From Tubulanus polymorphus (lineage: Eukaryota > Animalia > Nemertea): a DNA stretch of 64,000 bases. A program made the translations under genes and the position numbers. The notes beneath the pieces were generated by a model. The model searched no databases and had not been told where the DNA came from. It was given only the letters and a program-made list of their open reading frames with translations. How positions within the stretch are numbered: the stretch's first letter is position 1; the number at the start of each line of letters is the position of its first letter. The stretch is from NCBI RefSeq assembly GCF_964204645.1, contig NC_134035.1, forward strand, positions 4,650,001 to 4,714,000. Direction: 5' to 3'. This document shows positions 12,156 through 25,331 of the stretch, in pieces.

Positions 12156-14194
12156 CAAGACTGACCAAATTATTATGTGTGAATTGCTACAGGATCCGCA
12201 AGTGACTCACTTCGCTTTGTTTGAGTATTGTTTAGTATTGAGTGAGTAGTTCGAGTGTGAGCGCACTCTCTAAAAGCCAAATTTGACTCGGGCCAAATTC
12301 TCTACGTGTGATTGCGGCATATAGAAGGAAAGATGTACTGAGGGTGCAGTGAAGTCATCCAATAGTCCAGTTGTGAAATATTACGCAGGTCATCCATATT
12401 GCCTTCATAGATTTCTAACACAAACCGAGGCTCTTCAAACAATCAATTTCATCAAAAAACAAGGCCAAGACAGTGTGCAACAGTATCATTTTGCCTTTGA
12501 AATGTTGTCTCTTCACAAGCAACTCGACATCCATCTCTCAAATCTAACAGTCTAATAAGAACAGTTATTTATCAGTCATATATCAAAGGTTTAGCCAAGC
12601 TGAAGCCCTGCCCTTTGCCACCCCAGTCATAGATACGAAACCTAAATCGACAAATTTAAACCGAAACGAACTTCCCTGAAATCTAGAGAAGCACGCACGC
12701 CACCGCGGCACGGCACACGTTACAAACTACCGAATTGATTTCTTCTCGGAACTCGCTACGAAACGATTATATCATCTTTTGACTGCGACACACACACACA
12801 CACACGTTGACGTTCGACGCGTTGATGGATATAAAAAGTGGGCCATCGATTGTCGCGTCCCGATTCGCGGCGACGACACGATGGATGCTCGTAGCGCAGC
12901 GCCGTTAATTGTTCGTCATTATATCGACTAATAATGGATTATCGTTCGTCCCACATAAAACATTCCGTTATACACACACACACAGACACGGCGACATCGA
13001 TAGCTGCGACCGACCGGCGGCAACCCGTGCGCCACGGCCATCGCCGCTTCCTTATGACGGATTTTCCCCCAGTAAGCTAGTTCATTTAAAGACTTAATTT
13101 AAAGCAACGCTCGGCAATCAGCGTTCGGGTCAAACATCTGACCGTTAGTCGTCGTCTGCAAGCGTTTGTTTGTTTAACCTACGACCCGGCAATCAAACCG
13201 GCGAACGTCGTCGGTATCCGCGCATGTATGTGTATCTCGCGCGCTGTTTCACATCCGTCTGATTAAAAGCGCGGCTGAATTTTCTCCGGTACCAATTACC
13301 GAGTTATACACCTCCTCGTGCTTTTCATCGGTTACGTCTTGATTGCGCCCGCGCGCACGCCGCTAAAGACCGTCGCGAAAATTGAATTAAATCGCGCAAA
13401 AATTTGCGTGAGTGATCAGCCTCGGCGTCGACGACGTCGACGACGACGACGACGACGAGCGTCGCGGGCTCGTTTTTCGCCGGGCTCGCGCCGTCGCCGC
13501 AATAACCGACAAAACGCGCGTAACCGTTAGCGATCTAATTAAACCGCGTTACCGCGACTGCGGAATGATTCGTCGTAATAACCGTTCGGTCGGTTGAACC
13601 GCGGCGCCGCCGAACGAAAACGACGAGATAACATCGTATCGCGCCAACAACGCCACAACGGCGGCGGCCCACGATACCGAAAACTGGTTTACGCCGAGCG
13701 GTGCACGCCGCTCAGGCGGACAGCTCACGCGGAAAATTGCTAATATCGCCGAGCTGAGAAAACGTTTGACCTCTATTGGAACGAGTGTCAAACAACGCGG
13801 AGATTGTCTGACGATATACCAGCCAGTTTTATAATTGCGCTTTGCCTATTGTATACGCGATACATTGTCGGTACCGGCGGCGCTGCGAGCACAACATCGC
13901 GCCTCGCCGCCATCCTCGTCATATTTGCCGAGAGAGACGCTAAATGAACTGTTTTGACAAGTCTTGTCAGCCGCGTTTTTAAAACGCGACCGACGACTTA
14001 AAATCAGCGGCGGCGTTTATCTCGTCGACGAGGCCATCGTCGCCGCCGCGCCGAGTTAATTGCTTGCTCGGCGTCGTTTGACAAGTTGCCGGGTCAAACG
14101 CCCGTCGGGGTCAGAGGAACATCGCCTGAGCTATATATCAAAAATACAGCGAGCGCATACATCACGAAAAATACCACGAAATCGAGCTTCGATA

Positions 14195-14740
14195 CCGACA
14201 ATACTGATACAATACTGACACTCGGCCCGTCGATACAACACCAGGTCCATCAATACAATACTGGCAGCCGGTCCATCAATACAATACTGGCACCCGGTCC
14301 ATCGGTACAACACCAGGTTCATCAATACAATACTGGCACCAGGTCCATCAGTACCATACTGGCACCTGGTCCATTGGTAAAACACCAGGTTCATCAATAC
14401 AATACTGCCACCAGGTCCATCAGTACCATACTGGCATCCGGTCCATCAGTACAACACCAGGTCCATCAACACAATACTGCCACCAGGTCCATCAGTACCA
14501 TACTGGCATCCGGTCCATCAGTACAACACCAGGTCCATCAATACCATACTGGCGCCTAGTTCATCAGTACAACACCAGGGTCAACACAATACTGGCACCC
14601 GGTCCATCAATACCATACTGGCACCTAGTTCATCAGTACAACATAATACTGCCACCCAGTCCATCAATACCATACTGGCACCTAGTTCATCAGTACAACA
14701 TAATACTGCCACCCGGTCTGTCGATACAATACTGGCAAAA
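14195..14740 (+). repeat. Minisatellite of 20-26 bp subunits forming a ~72 bp higher-order unit
   Basis: Alternating ggtccatcaataccatactggcacc and ggtccatcagtacaacacca; 24-aa periodicity in the spurious ORF 14086..14559. Confidence 0.92.
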
Positions 14741-15566
14741 CGACATGAGTGCGAGTAATAGACCTTGCAAAAAAGATAGCTATGTCTCCTCAATCTCCCT
14801 ATGATATCATCGTTTTGATATCTAAGATTCTTCCAGAAAACATAGCCGAAAATACGAGCGATAGTAGGGAATTCGATGATGTCATTGAGCGATTTCCGAG
14901 GCGGCCATCTTGGATTAACATATATATTTCCGAGTTCTCATTTATTTCACCAAATGCTTAATACTTCGCCATTCTCATTATTTGGGCGTTACCGCGAACT
15001 TCGGCTTAGTTTTATAATAGGACCCTTAGTTTTGACCGCGTGCCGTTAACCTATGCGCCAAATGATGAATGACGCTGTATCTAAAATCAAAGCCGTTTGC
15101 TCCATCAACTTCGCTCAATATGAAAGAACATGACGGCTTTAGAAATCAGAGAGTAACGCGTGAATGCGGCGGTATGTGCGAGTATTTCGCTGAATACCAT
15201 TGAATGCTGTGTATGCAGGACGACTGCAGCAACGCGAACCGTCACAGAGCGCGAACACAATGGACGGCCATCTTCGCGAAACCCTTAAATTGTTAGTTCG
15301 CCATGGTAACGAGGAAACTGTCGACGGGATACTCGTCGTCACACAGGACGTCTGCGCTCGTACGGTTACCACGACGCCGCTGGCAGCTATAGCAGCGCGG
15401 CTGACGTATACATCATCAACCCGCGTTGGCGTCGCTCGAAAAACAAACATGTCCGGTTAAAACGACGTTTCAAATCGAAAACTTGAAGTTGAAGCTAAAA
15501 CCGGTCTGAATAGGACATACCCTGGGTTAGAGTAAATAGTTAGTTAGAATAGGTCTTTGTAACAGA

Positions 15567-15975
15567 CAGGCCGAATTAGTAGACCAGTTAGACCAGGCTA
15601 AAACTTCACAACTGGTCTACAAAACCAGCCCGGGGGATGATGTCTAAACTTGGTATACCCAGGATTAGTACTATGAGCGATAAGTAAAAATGATATCTAT
15701 GAAACGTCCAACAAGCCGGAGGCAGCAGATTCATAGACCAATAAGAACTCGTGATAAAACCCTGCCCCATCGGTGCTTCATTCAAAACTGGTTTACATGG
15801 CCACAGCCTTCATTTTCAAATAGTCTACAAAACTGACCCTAGCCTTCATGTTCAAACAGTCTAAAAAACTGACCCCAGCCATCATGTTCAAACGGTCTAA
15901 AACCGTGCCCCAATGGCACTTATTAATACTGGTTTACATCACTGATCCCAGCCTCGATGTTGAAACCGTCTCAGA
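15567..15975 (+). mobile_element. Short hairpin MITE (15567-15633) followed by degenerate ~36 bp repeats of its right end
   Basis: Perfect 11-bp inverted pair gtagaccagtt/aactggtctac; downstream gtctac/aaaaactgacccyag repeats resemble the TIR of the 53000 element. Confidence 0.6.
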
Positions 15976-16439
15976 CTCTGCAACGTCTAATGAAACTGAG
16001 AACGATTAATTGATATTGTTTTTTTTTTTCTAAAGTAAACGGTTTATGTCGTGAGATGTTGACGATATTGTTTGCGGATTCGCCTCGATTCAGTAAACGC
16101 CGCCGATTCGTTGACAAGCGACGGTAATTGCCCGATTAGTATCAACTGTTTTTGCCCGTCATTGATCGTCGTTAACAATAAACTCATTGTCGCCGCGCGA
16201 CGCAACAATACCCGGTCGTCACGCCGACGATAACGCGGTCACCGCCGGTAGTAATAACGTAATTGACTTGTCGTCGCTTATCAACGACGGAGAAAGTGGT
16301 GAACGGCGATAATTTCGATAGCGACGTTCGTATATGAAGAAAAACCGAAACGCTCCACCGGGGACGGCGATTGTCCGAGGAAAACGGGGGCTCATTTCCA
16401 CACCATGGATCTATCTCACCCTTCCTGTCCAATATATGG

Positions 16440-16555
16440 CCGCCTCCTGAATCCCCTTATGACATCATCCAATTGCGTGCTGTATATGATCGATAGACCG
16501 TTCAAGAAAAAATGTCTGCCTCCATGAATCCCCCTATGACATCATCGAATTGCCT
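16440..16555 (+). repeat. ~76 bp direct duplication; related fragment at ~14782-14812
   Basis: gcctcc.tgaatcccc.tatgacatcatc.aattgc occurs twice. Confidence 0.8.
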
Positions 16556-16627
16556 ATTTATGATCTGACCGATAAGACGTGGTTATGTAGACTGGACAAG
16601 ATCTGTCTTTACCAGTGATAAGTGCTT

Positions 16628-16890
16628 ACTGTGGTTAGTGGATCAGGTTAATCTTAGTATAGTTTACTAACCGGGGTTAGTGGATCAGGTTAATCTTAGT
16701 ATAGTTTACTAACCCTGGTTAGTGGCTTGGGTTAACCTTAGTACGGTTTACTAACCGTGGTTAGTGGCGCGGGTTATTCATAGTTCAGTTTATTAACCGT
16801 GGTTAGTGGCTCAGGTTAATCATAGTACAGTTTACAAACCATGGTTAGTGGCTTAGGCTTGTCATAGTATAGTTTACTAACCACGGTTAA
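16628..16890 (+). repeat. 42-bp minisatellite (~6 units)
   Basis: gtggttagtggmtcaggttaatcttagtayagtttactaacc; internal inverted pair ggttagt/actaacc. Confidence 0.92.
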
Positions 16891-19599
16891 CAATAACTGA
16901 AAGTTTTGCACTAAAAATGTTCAGTCATTCGAGATATCAGCGGAATCGGCCATTTTTTCCTAGGTAACAACGCGAGAACTGGCGAACATTTCTTTATCCG
17001 ACTTTTCAAAAAGCTTTCAAACATTCAAAAGCAAAGGTGTAAAACTTCAATAACTGACATTTAATGTACGCAGCTATAACCCGTGCGTATTTGATCCGAC
17101 ACTTGTTTATTCTCGCCGATCTTTGTAGTCATATTCGACGACGTGATTCTGATTACGAATCTTTCACATAGACGAAAACAAAAACAAGAGAAAGAGAAAG
17201 AGAGAGGACGAACTAAAGACAAACGACGACGACGACGCGTGCGCACACGGAATGTTTTTAATCAGCCGTACTTCAAACCGTGTGAGAAACAAACCCTTGA
17301 TCCCTTATTCGACGATATCTATCGGCTTCGCGTCGTCGAAACAATTTTTCTTACGTAACTAAAAAAAGCGTTCGTCGTTTCGCGCTATACCAAAAGAACT
17401 TTTTCCGGCGACGGTTCGTGTTACGTTAAACCGACGACCAGGTAGGTGGCGCCGGCGCACGAGTAAGCGACATTGAATCGAACTCGTTTTTTTTACGTCA
17501 TCCGTCGAAAAATAGAAAACGCCACGCGAAATTGATTACGAAGAAATTCCCCGCGGCGTACCCGAAGCGTACCCCGACCGGGATTAGCCCGACCTTGCAG
17601 TGTACCCCGGCTCCGGCTCGTACCCGACCTCGTCCGGATAGCGGTAACTAGTTCTTTATAATTCGCGATGACTGGGGACCGGATCGCTAATTACCGATCG
17701 ATACCATTCGTGGTCGGTCGGCTATTGTCGGCAGAAATTATCTCCAGCGCGCAGTAACTAAGATAATCGGACTGCAGCTCGGCTCCGGCGTTTTATATAT
17801 TTTAAATCCTTTCGGTATTATAGGCCCATTTATGGCGATACCGGCCTGTGATGCCATCAAGTCAGTGTATACACACACACACACACACACACACGCACAT
17901 AAACGAATACAGCCACGCTAGAAATAAGAATGAACTACGCAGATATATGAACTAATCACTATAAACCTAATATCAATATTCAATGAGAAATAGGTCTTCG
18001 CTTCAATTTGTTTCAAATTTCCTAATTTGTTTAGATTTCCTAAGAATGAATCTTTAAGAGTTTAAAAAAGCTTTTGATTCTGAGAAGGAACGTAACGATC
18101 GTATACACATAATAGCAATCTTATCATAATATGTAAGTCATAGGACCATCGGCATCATTCCATGGAAATAGGTAAAAGGACATATTTGGCATCGTGAAAT
18201 CTGCAATGCTATAGATTTTAAGCGTGGAATCATGAAATGGACGGCCACCAAGCATCGAGGTATCTCAGAGTTAGAGAGGAGAGGAAATATGCTTTAACGC
18301 GTTCCACTAATACGGAGAAAATGAAAGATGATTTGCCGCCGTCCGACGAGAGAAACGCTTCCAAACGGGATCCCGTCGAGAGAATGTGAAATTATAAAAC
18401 GTTCATTGAAACCGATCGGAGACTGCATTAATCTTAAGCTATTTGATTTCGTTTTGAATGCGGCGGTATTTACTGCCGTCGTTGCTGGTTGCGAATATTT
18501 CAAAACTGAGAACCGAAGGGTTGATTGTCGAGACAGCAGCAACAGCAGCAGCAGCAGCAGCAGCAAGAGAGGATGGATGAATAGTGAATAGGCAGTGTTT
18601 TTCCGAAAACTGTGAAAACTGACTTTCTATAGATCGTATTCGCACGCTGCAGGCAGCCGTCAACTTACGGGCGTTTGCACTGTTCAACAAGGAATACACG
18701 TTAAAAAAAAAGTGGGGGAACCCAGCACATTAAGGGGGAAAGACTACCGAATAGCAGCATTTATAGTTCATGGCATTGGGTAAAACAAAATGACGAAGGA
18801 CAATTCATATCCTCAAAACATATCACGTCGAAATCAAAATAGGCTAGTGACAAAAACCAAAATATATGTCTGAAGATGGCATAAGCATTCTAACCATCCG
18901 TGAAAGTGATCTTCTAGTCGTTGAATGTTCGTAAATGTTATGGGATTTTTATACAACTGACTATATTCGATTCAATTCAATTCAAACTTTATTGATGCTT
19001 ATTGATGCATGGACAACATCGGGAAAATTTAGGTAAATGGTAGGTACAAAAAGAGAGTAAAGAACCCAAAAATTGATATAGACGTATTGATATATACCTA
19101 GGCTATATACTAAACAATTCAACCTCATAGATATATACAGTCGATCCTCAATTGCCAGAGGTAGTGTCTCGCAGTAAGATTGCCGGGGGTCCTCTTGTCG
19201 TAACGACGATGACGGGAAGCTAAGCTCGAGATTCAGTGTATGTGTACAGCGTAAGCGCGAGTCGCTCTCGTAATGAAATTGCGGGTTAATTAGTCGTGAC
19301 AAATCACATCGATTTTTTACGTCATCCGAACGACTTAAAATATACTCGGCCATCAATCACGCAATTACAAATATCAGCCGTGTACGTGAACTGAGTCAAA
19401 CGCATACCCACACATACCGAACCGAACATACGAACATACATCGAAAGAAAGATTCGTTCATATTTGATTGAAAAAATATATAGATTTAGGCTGAAAAATT
19501 CAGTTTTCAAATAGTTCTCCAATATATGGCATACAACGGACAAGACTTAGAGTAATTAGGATCCCACGACTAGCTCCACAATCAAATAAAACCCATAGT

Positions 19600-19920
19600 C
19601 AAATTGAAGCCACACAAATGTGGAACTGGGTTCAGAGATAAATCAAACTCACACACCTGTGGAACTGAGTTCTCGATCAAATTAAACCCAGATAACTGTG
19701 GAACTGAGTTCACAATCAGATTAAACCCAGATAACTGTGGAACTGGGTTCGGAGTGGAATAAAACCCACACAACTGTGGAACTGAGTTCACAATCAAAGT
19801 GAACCCAGATAACTGTGGAACTGGGTTCGGAGTGGAATAAACCCCCACAACTGTGGAACTGGGTTCACAATCAAATCAAATCCACACAACTGTCAAATTA
19901 AACTCAACTGTGGAACCGGC
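19600..19920 (+). repeat. 39-bp minisatellite built on a MITE right TIR, with two alternating variants
   Basis: Conserved aactgtggaactgrgttc resembles the right TIR of the 7874 and 63427 elements; intervening parts are acaatca... or ggagtggaata... types. Confidence 0.88.
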
Positions 19921-20869
19921 ACCGACTTCAACGTTTCAAACGAACTTTAATAAATTGCGAGTTGACCGAACTGGAGACGAACGAACGAACGACTGACGAA
20001 TTATAAACAGATTTAGTTGAACTAATAGTTTACTTATTTCATGGCGACTGATTTAACCGTGTTTGCCTAATGGAACTGACATATTATCATCATGCCGAGC
20101 GAACGTTCCATCATCTTCATCGAGTCCCCGAAGTCATCTCCGACCAGCCAGCCAGCCATCCAGCATCCAGTCGGCATCGTCTTGCAGCAGCAGCATCAGC
20201 AGCAGCTGAGACGAAAGGATGGACGTCCCCGATACGCGCGCTCGATGCGGTCAACATTCAAGTCATGTTCGCGTACGTCGACGCTTATTATGTCAAACAT
20301 CGCATCCGATCTCGTCGGCGAAACTGACCGCCGGTCATTACTATTCGCGTAATGTCCGATGTAACGCCGTTTTATGGCGGAACCGAACGGCGGCCGCGCC
20401 GTCGTACGGCCTCGGATAATTACGCCGATCGCGCGCCGCGCAGCTGCCGCCGTGGCGCACGTGACGATATAAACCCGGTCCGGACCGGTCGTGTCGTACA
20501 CGGACCGGCGTCGGCGAGAACGACGTAAAAAGTACGCGGCGACGCCGTACGAAAATACGTCGATCGATACGACGACACGAATTCGGCATTATTAAATCGG
20601 ATTCCGACATTAGCCCGAACACAATTAGATAATCAGAGCGGTTGTCGACGAAATTCGTCCGCGACGCACGTAAAAATGTCAACTTACGTCGCGCGTCGTT
20701 CCGAGATATGTTCCTATAATTGGCGACATATCCCTCGATCGTCGTGACGACAACGACGACGACGAAAAGTTTTGCGAAAGTTTCGGCGAATAAATGATAA
20801 GCCGGAGTTGTATTCGATAACCGAGGTTTCCGCGACAGGAATTCTTAGAATATATTTACCGAGGCAAGA

Positions 20870-21265
20870 GACTGGGTAGAGAATAAACACGAGGAAGAGA
20901 AAAAGGAAGAGGTAGTGAGGGGGTGAGATACACGTAAGTGAGGTGGAAAGGGATGAAGGGGAGACAGACTTTAGACGATGAGGGAGAGGTTACAAGATAG
21001 GTGAGGTCCGGAGAGGCGAGATGGAGAGGGATGACCAGGGAGGGAGGTAGGGATAGACTTTAGATGGAGACTTTAGATGAGGGAGAGGTAGAGAATGAGG
21101 TTAGATGGAGAGGGAGAGGGAGGTAGATAGAGGCGAGACAGAGATGGGAATGTGGAGGTATAAAGAGAGAGGGAGAAGTGAAAGAGGGATGGCAGGGTTG
21201 ATAGAGAGAGCGAGTGAGAGATGTTGAGCGTGATGGCAGAGAGAGAGAGGGAAGAGAGAGAGAGG
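20870..21265 (+). repeat. Polypurine (GA-rich) low-complexity tract
   Basis: ~400 bp strongly G/A-rich, with a repeated agactttaga.ga.ggag motif. Confidence 0.85.
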
Positions 21266-22689
21266 GCTAATTGAATCCCACACAGAAATTATATTAGTCG
21301 GGTAAGAGTGGTGCTTCACTATGAGACATGAGAGTTTCAGACAGTGACACTGAACGTTACGAGATATATATACATATATATATACATACGTATACATGAT
21401 GGACTCGTTCAACTCGTTCTACATAGGCTGGACAGTGATGCCCTAACCCCAACCCCCCACACAGGTTACCCATAACGTCTACACACCGAGTCGCGTTCAT
21501 CACTTATATCAAATCATCTACGGCTCATAGCTCTATAAACCAAAACATTTTCATACTCCCGTCCAAGGGGCCGAGAGTAACAAGTACTGAAATTCAAGGA
21601 ACCTACGTGTATGTTGGACCCTAAATATCTATAGGGGCCAAATACAGAGTAACAATACCGACTATACTCTGCACGTATAACAACATGTGATATAATACAT
21701 ATTCTACATATGACAACATATTGAGATTCAGCTTGTTAGGACGGATCCGATCAGGTGGTGACAAAACTCTCATTGCAGAGAGAGAGTGAAAGAGAGTATG
21801 AGAGAGGAGAGAGAGAGCATAGCCACAGCTGTCGATGTAGGTAAATATAATGCCCATTGAAAGTAAATTTGATCGGGCAACATCTTCATATTGCAGTAAA
21901 TATCAAACAGCTTGCCGTAGATATATATATATATATTATATACCAATATAGTATATACCCATCCCTTGTTTCATGTGTGAATTTTCGGAAAAAGTCGATG
22001 AAACTGGAAGAGACCCACTACCAGGGGTATATCCCACGACTAATACCGTGCAGACAATCTATGAAAACTAGGTTCAATGTCGAAAAAGAAAACTCAGTTA
22101 AGTTCAATGTCGAATAAGTTACCGATATCGATGTTGAAATGTGCTAAATTTGGAAGCACGGGTTTAGTTCGAGTGAGGGTAGAGGAGTCACAGAACGTAA
22201 CTGCGAAAACATCGACATCTGCAACAAATTATCATCGAATACAAATCGATTGACACGTTTTTTTCTTTTTTAATTGAGGTGATTTCGTTACGGGAATAAA
22301 GAGCAATTAAAATCGTTGGCAGACGCTGCTCGCGTTGAGGTGACTGGGATATAGGAGGACGTCTACGCTGGGTACACCAGCTGATTAATACCGCTAATAG
22401 GCTGGTATAGGGGACACAAAAAGTAGAGAAAACGCTATGTATAACAAATTATGATGACGTTTGAAAATGTGACACGAGCAAAGCCTGTCTTGAAATGTGG
22501 AAAAGGTTAGGGAGGGGAGAGGCGGAAAGGTTAAGCCCAAACGCAGGGAAATATGGAAACACAGAAATGTTTCTTGTAAATACGCATTACACAGGGCAAC
22601 GCTCCGAAACATGTTTCTGTCTATTGTTTCCGTTTTCTCGCTGTGCGCATTGTTGGGCTCAAGGTGGTTGAGAGGATTGCAGAACAGCG

Positions 22690-22885
22690 GGGGAGAGGAT
22701 CGGGAAAGAATAGGATAGCGTAGAGATGGGGCGAGTGGGGCGACAAAGAGAAATAGAACGAGGGATAGAGGAGAGGGGAGAGAGGAAGATAGGGAGAAAC
22801 GAAATGGATAGTGAGAGTGAGAGAGATACAGAGAGAGAGAGAGTGAGAGAGACGGATAGAGTGCGTATGAATGAGAGGAGAGAAA
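22690..22885 (+). repeat. Polypurine tract
   Basis: GA-rich low complexity. Confidence 0.8.
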
Positions 22886-24837
22886 CTTTTGAAACAATTA
22901 ACAAAACTCGTGTGGAATAAAACATAAGGTGCGTCGGCAGTCGTCGACTCAGTATTCAACCATCAACGCCGGTGAAGAGCTACGTACAAACAATACATAG
23001 TGTTACATTACTGTCATCGGATGACTGATGTAGTATCATCTCTCACCCCTTATACACGCCGCGCCGCGCCACGCCGCGCCACGCCGAGCCGAGCCGTGCG
23101 AGGCCCCCTGGATTCAAAAACACCCGACGCTTTCAAGTGAAGAATAAAAAGTCGTACGCAACGTCGTTTTTTACATCGTTTCATCAACCGTGATCCGCGA
23201 CGAAAAACTGAATTTCTATTCGCGTCGTTGGAAGAAAGTACTTCACTATCTTCCGCATCGCGTCTTCGTTCTTTTTATTGGAACATTCTACAATTGTATC
23301 ATCGCACTGATGGCGGCTGATCGTTGATGAAATCATATCATCCAAGGTTATACCAAATTTAAAGGACCACGTTCACAGGGTTTGACCCGAGGAATAAAAG
23401 CCACATGCCTGTGATAGGACTAGCATATCGGAAATTTCGCTTGCCCCCTCAAAAATCAACTTGCCCCACGTATATAAGCAGTCCATATTGGTGGCAATCT
23501 TTTGTTGTATCGGGTGGGAAAAAGTTTTGAGACACGACAAATGCACTAGCCCAACGTACTTAGATCGGACCCTGCACCCAGTTCCGCGTAGCTGCTTAAG
23601 CGCTAAAAGGTGGACCGATTTTCAGTTTAACATTATCCACAGCATACATTATCTGGTCCAAAAAATGCACATGTAGTTCAACGCAAGTGGTCCGAGTTCC
23701 GACTATGAACACGTTCCAGTTCGAGAATACATGTACGTGGAACAATACCGAGGTGGATCAGATTCCCGAGGTTGAATTCAATTATTTCAATCGCAGGTTG
23801 CTGATCGTACGAGTCTATTAATAAAACCGCCGGGGAAAATTTAAACATTTCAACAAAAACAACAATCGCTCGTGACCACACCCTTCGAACCGACGACGAT
23901 GACATTTCAAAAGATTCGAAAACACACGATTTCATTTTTCGACGCGGTTAAAAAAAACGTTCTCTTTCAAGCGTGTCTATTTTAAACAGAGCACGCATGC
24001 TCGGTGCTAAATAAAGATAGCGTGAATTACAAAAAAACGGTTCAAATGAAATTGATTCGGCGAAATGGATGAATATGGCCATTAAGCAGTCATACTATAT
24101 ACCCTGAACTGGACAAGGATATATATATATATATATAATATACGTTTTGCCCGCAAGGCAATCAAGATCATCGCGCTCTAAGTCGTTAGATCCGGTATCA
24201 AATCGCTTTTTTTTTTATTCATCTCCATGAAAAAGATATTGAAAAAGATCATTACGAAGTGAATATCTCTACCTCTACCGTAATGGCCTGTTGATCCCCG
24301 AGGGTCTAACAAGCATTTCTGACCCCCTAACCCTAGTGTCAAAAACGATGTGAGCGGCCAAACTGTGCTAAAGTGACTGAAATTAAAATTGCCGCCAAAA
24401 ATCAACGCAAAAATAAATACACAACGAATAAAGCTTACAACAACATAACAAGCGAATACAGGAAATATCACGCCATAGATGCCAGTAACGAGTTCTCCAA
24501 TATTTCGTTTTTAAATTTTGAGGAATTTATTTCAATTCTTCAAATGAGTAACTTATTACATGGATACCGATGAAAACATTCACGGATTCGAATCGGACGG
24601 ATTGATTTTTCGTCATCGCGAAGATGAAACAAGTGCGTACACACTTTTTTGAGTATGATACGTGTATGATATTTTTTGCCTACCTTGGTATGAGATACCT
24701 GAGCCTCCTTCGCTTTTTACTGTCGCATCAACTGAAGAAACAAAAATACGAGCCACATTCACTAAAAACGTCATCATCCGAATGAAAGAAAACGTTGAAA
24801 GCAAAAATCGTCTATTCAGTTACAGATTAAACAACAG

Positions 24838-25331
24838 CAACCCCAGTTCCACAGTTCTCGATAAAAGTTTGACTCCAGGACTCAGTTCTATTGTTATCAC
24901 TAAAGCTAAATCAGTTCATTTCAAATGTTTTATCTTAACCGAGAACTGTGGAACAGAGTCTCAAAATCAGATGCACCGTTTTTGGTTAAGCTAAATCAGT
25001 TCAATCAATGGAATCCAACTGTTTTATCTTAAGCGAGAACTATGCAACGGAGTCCTGGACTTAGTTCTCCTGTTATTGGTTAAGCTAAATCAGTTCAATC
25101 CAAATATTTTATCTTAACCGAGAACTATGCAACAGAGTCCTGGACTTAGTTCTACTGTTATTGGTTAAGCTAAATCAGTTCATTTTAAATGTTTCACCTT
25201 AACCGAGAACTGTGCAACACAGTCCCTGAATCAGTTCTTTTGTTATCGGTTAAGTTTAGATCTAAAATTAGCTCAGAATTTTTAACTCAAATGTTCGAAC
25301 AAATCTGAACGGAGAACTATGAAACCGGGTC
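24838..25331 (+). mobile_element. Hairpin MITE whose interior plus right TIR is repeated 4-5 times in tandem (~85 bp unit)
   Basis: One left TIR ccccagttccacagttctcg; right-TIR-like gagaactrtg at 24941, 25035, 25120, 25205 and 25312; loop motif aaatcagttcatttc shared with 7874. Confidence 0.85.

Noticed and set aside
14086-14559. 157-aa ORF with 24-aa repeats (likewise 11023..11307, 27932..28306, 19582..19848 and 55774..56073)
   Set aside because: These are translations of minisatellites whose unit length is a multiple of 3; no domain, splice context or unique coding flank.
19600-19920. CRISPR-like repeat-spacer appearance
   Set aside because: Spacers are homologous and reused, the repeat is a MITE end, there are no cas genes, and the context is eukaryotic.
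22394-22897. Ser/Leu/Pro-rich, Arg/Glu-rich and Tyr/Ile ORFs throughout the track
   Set aside because: Products of GA/TC and TA low-complexity tracts.
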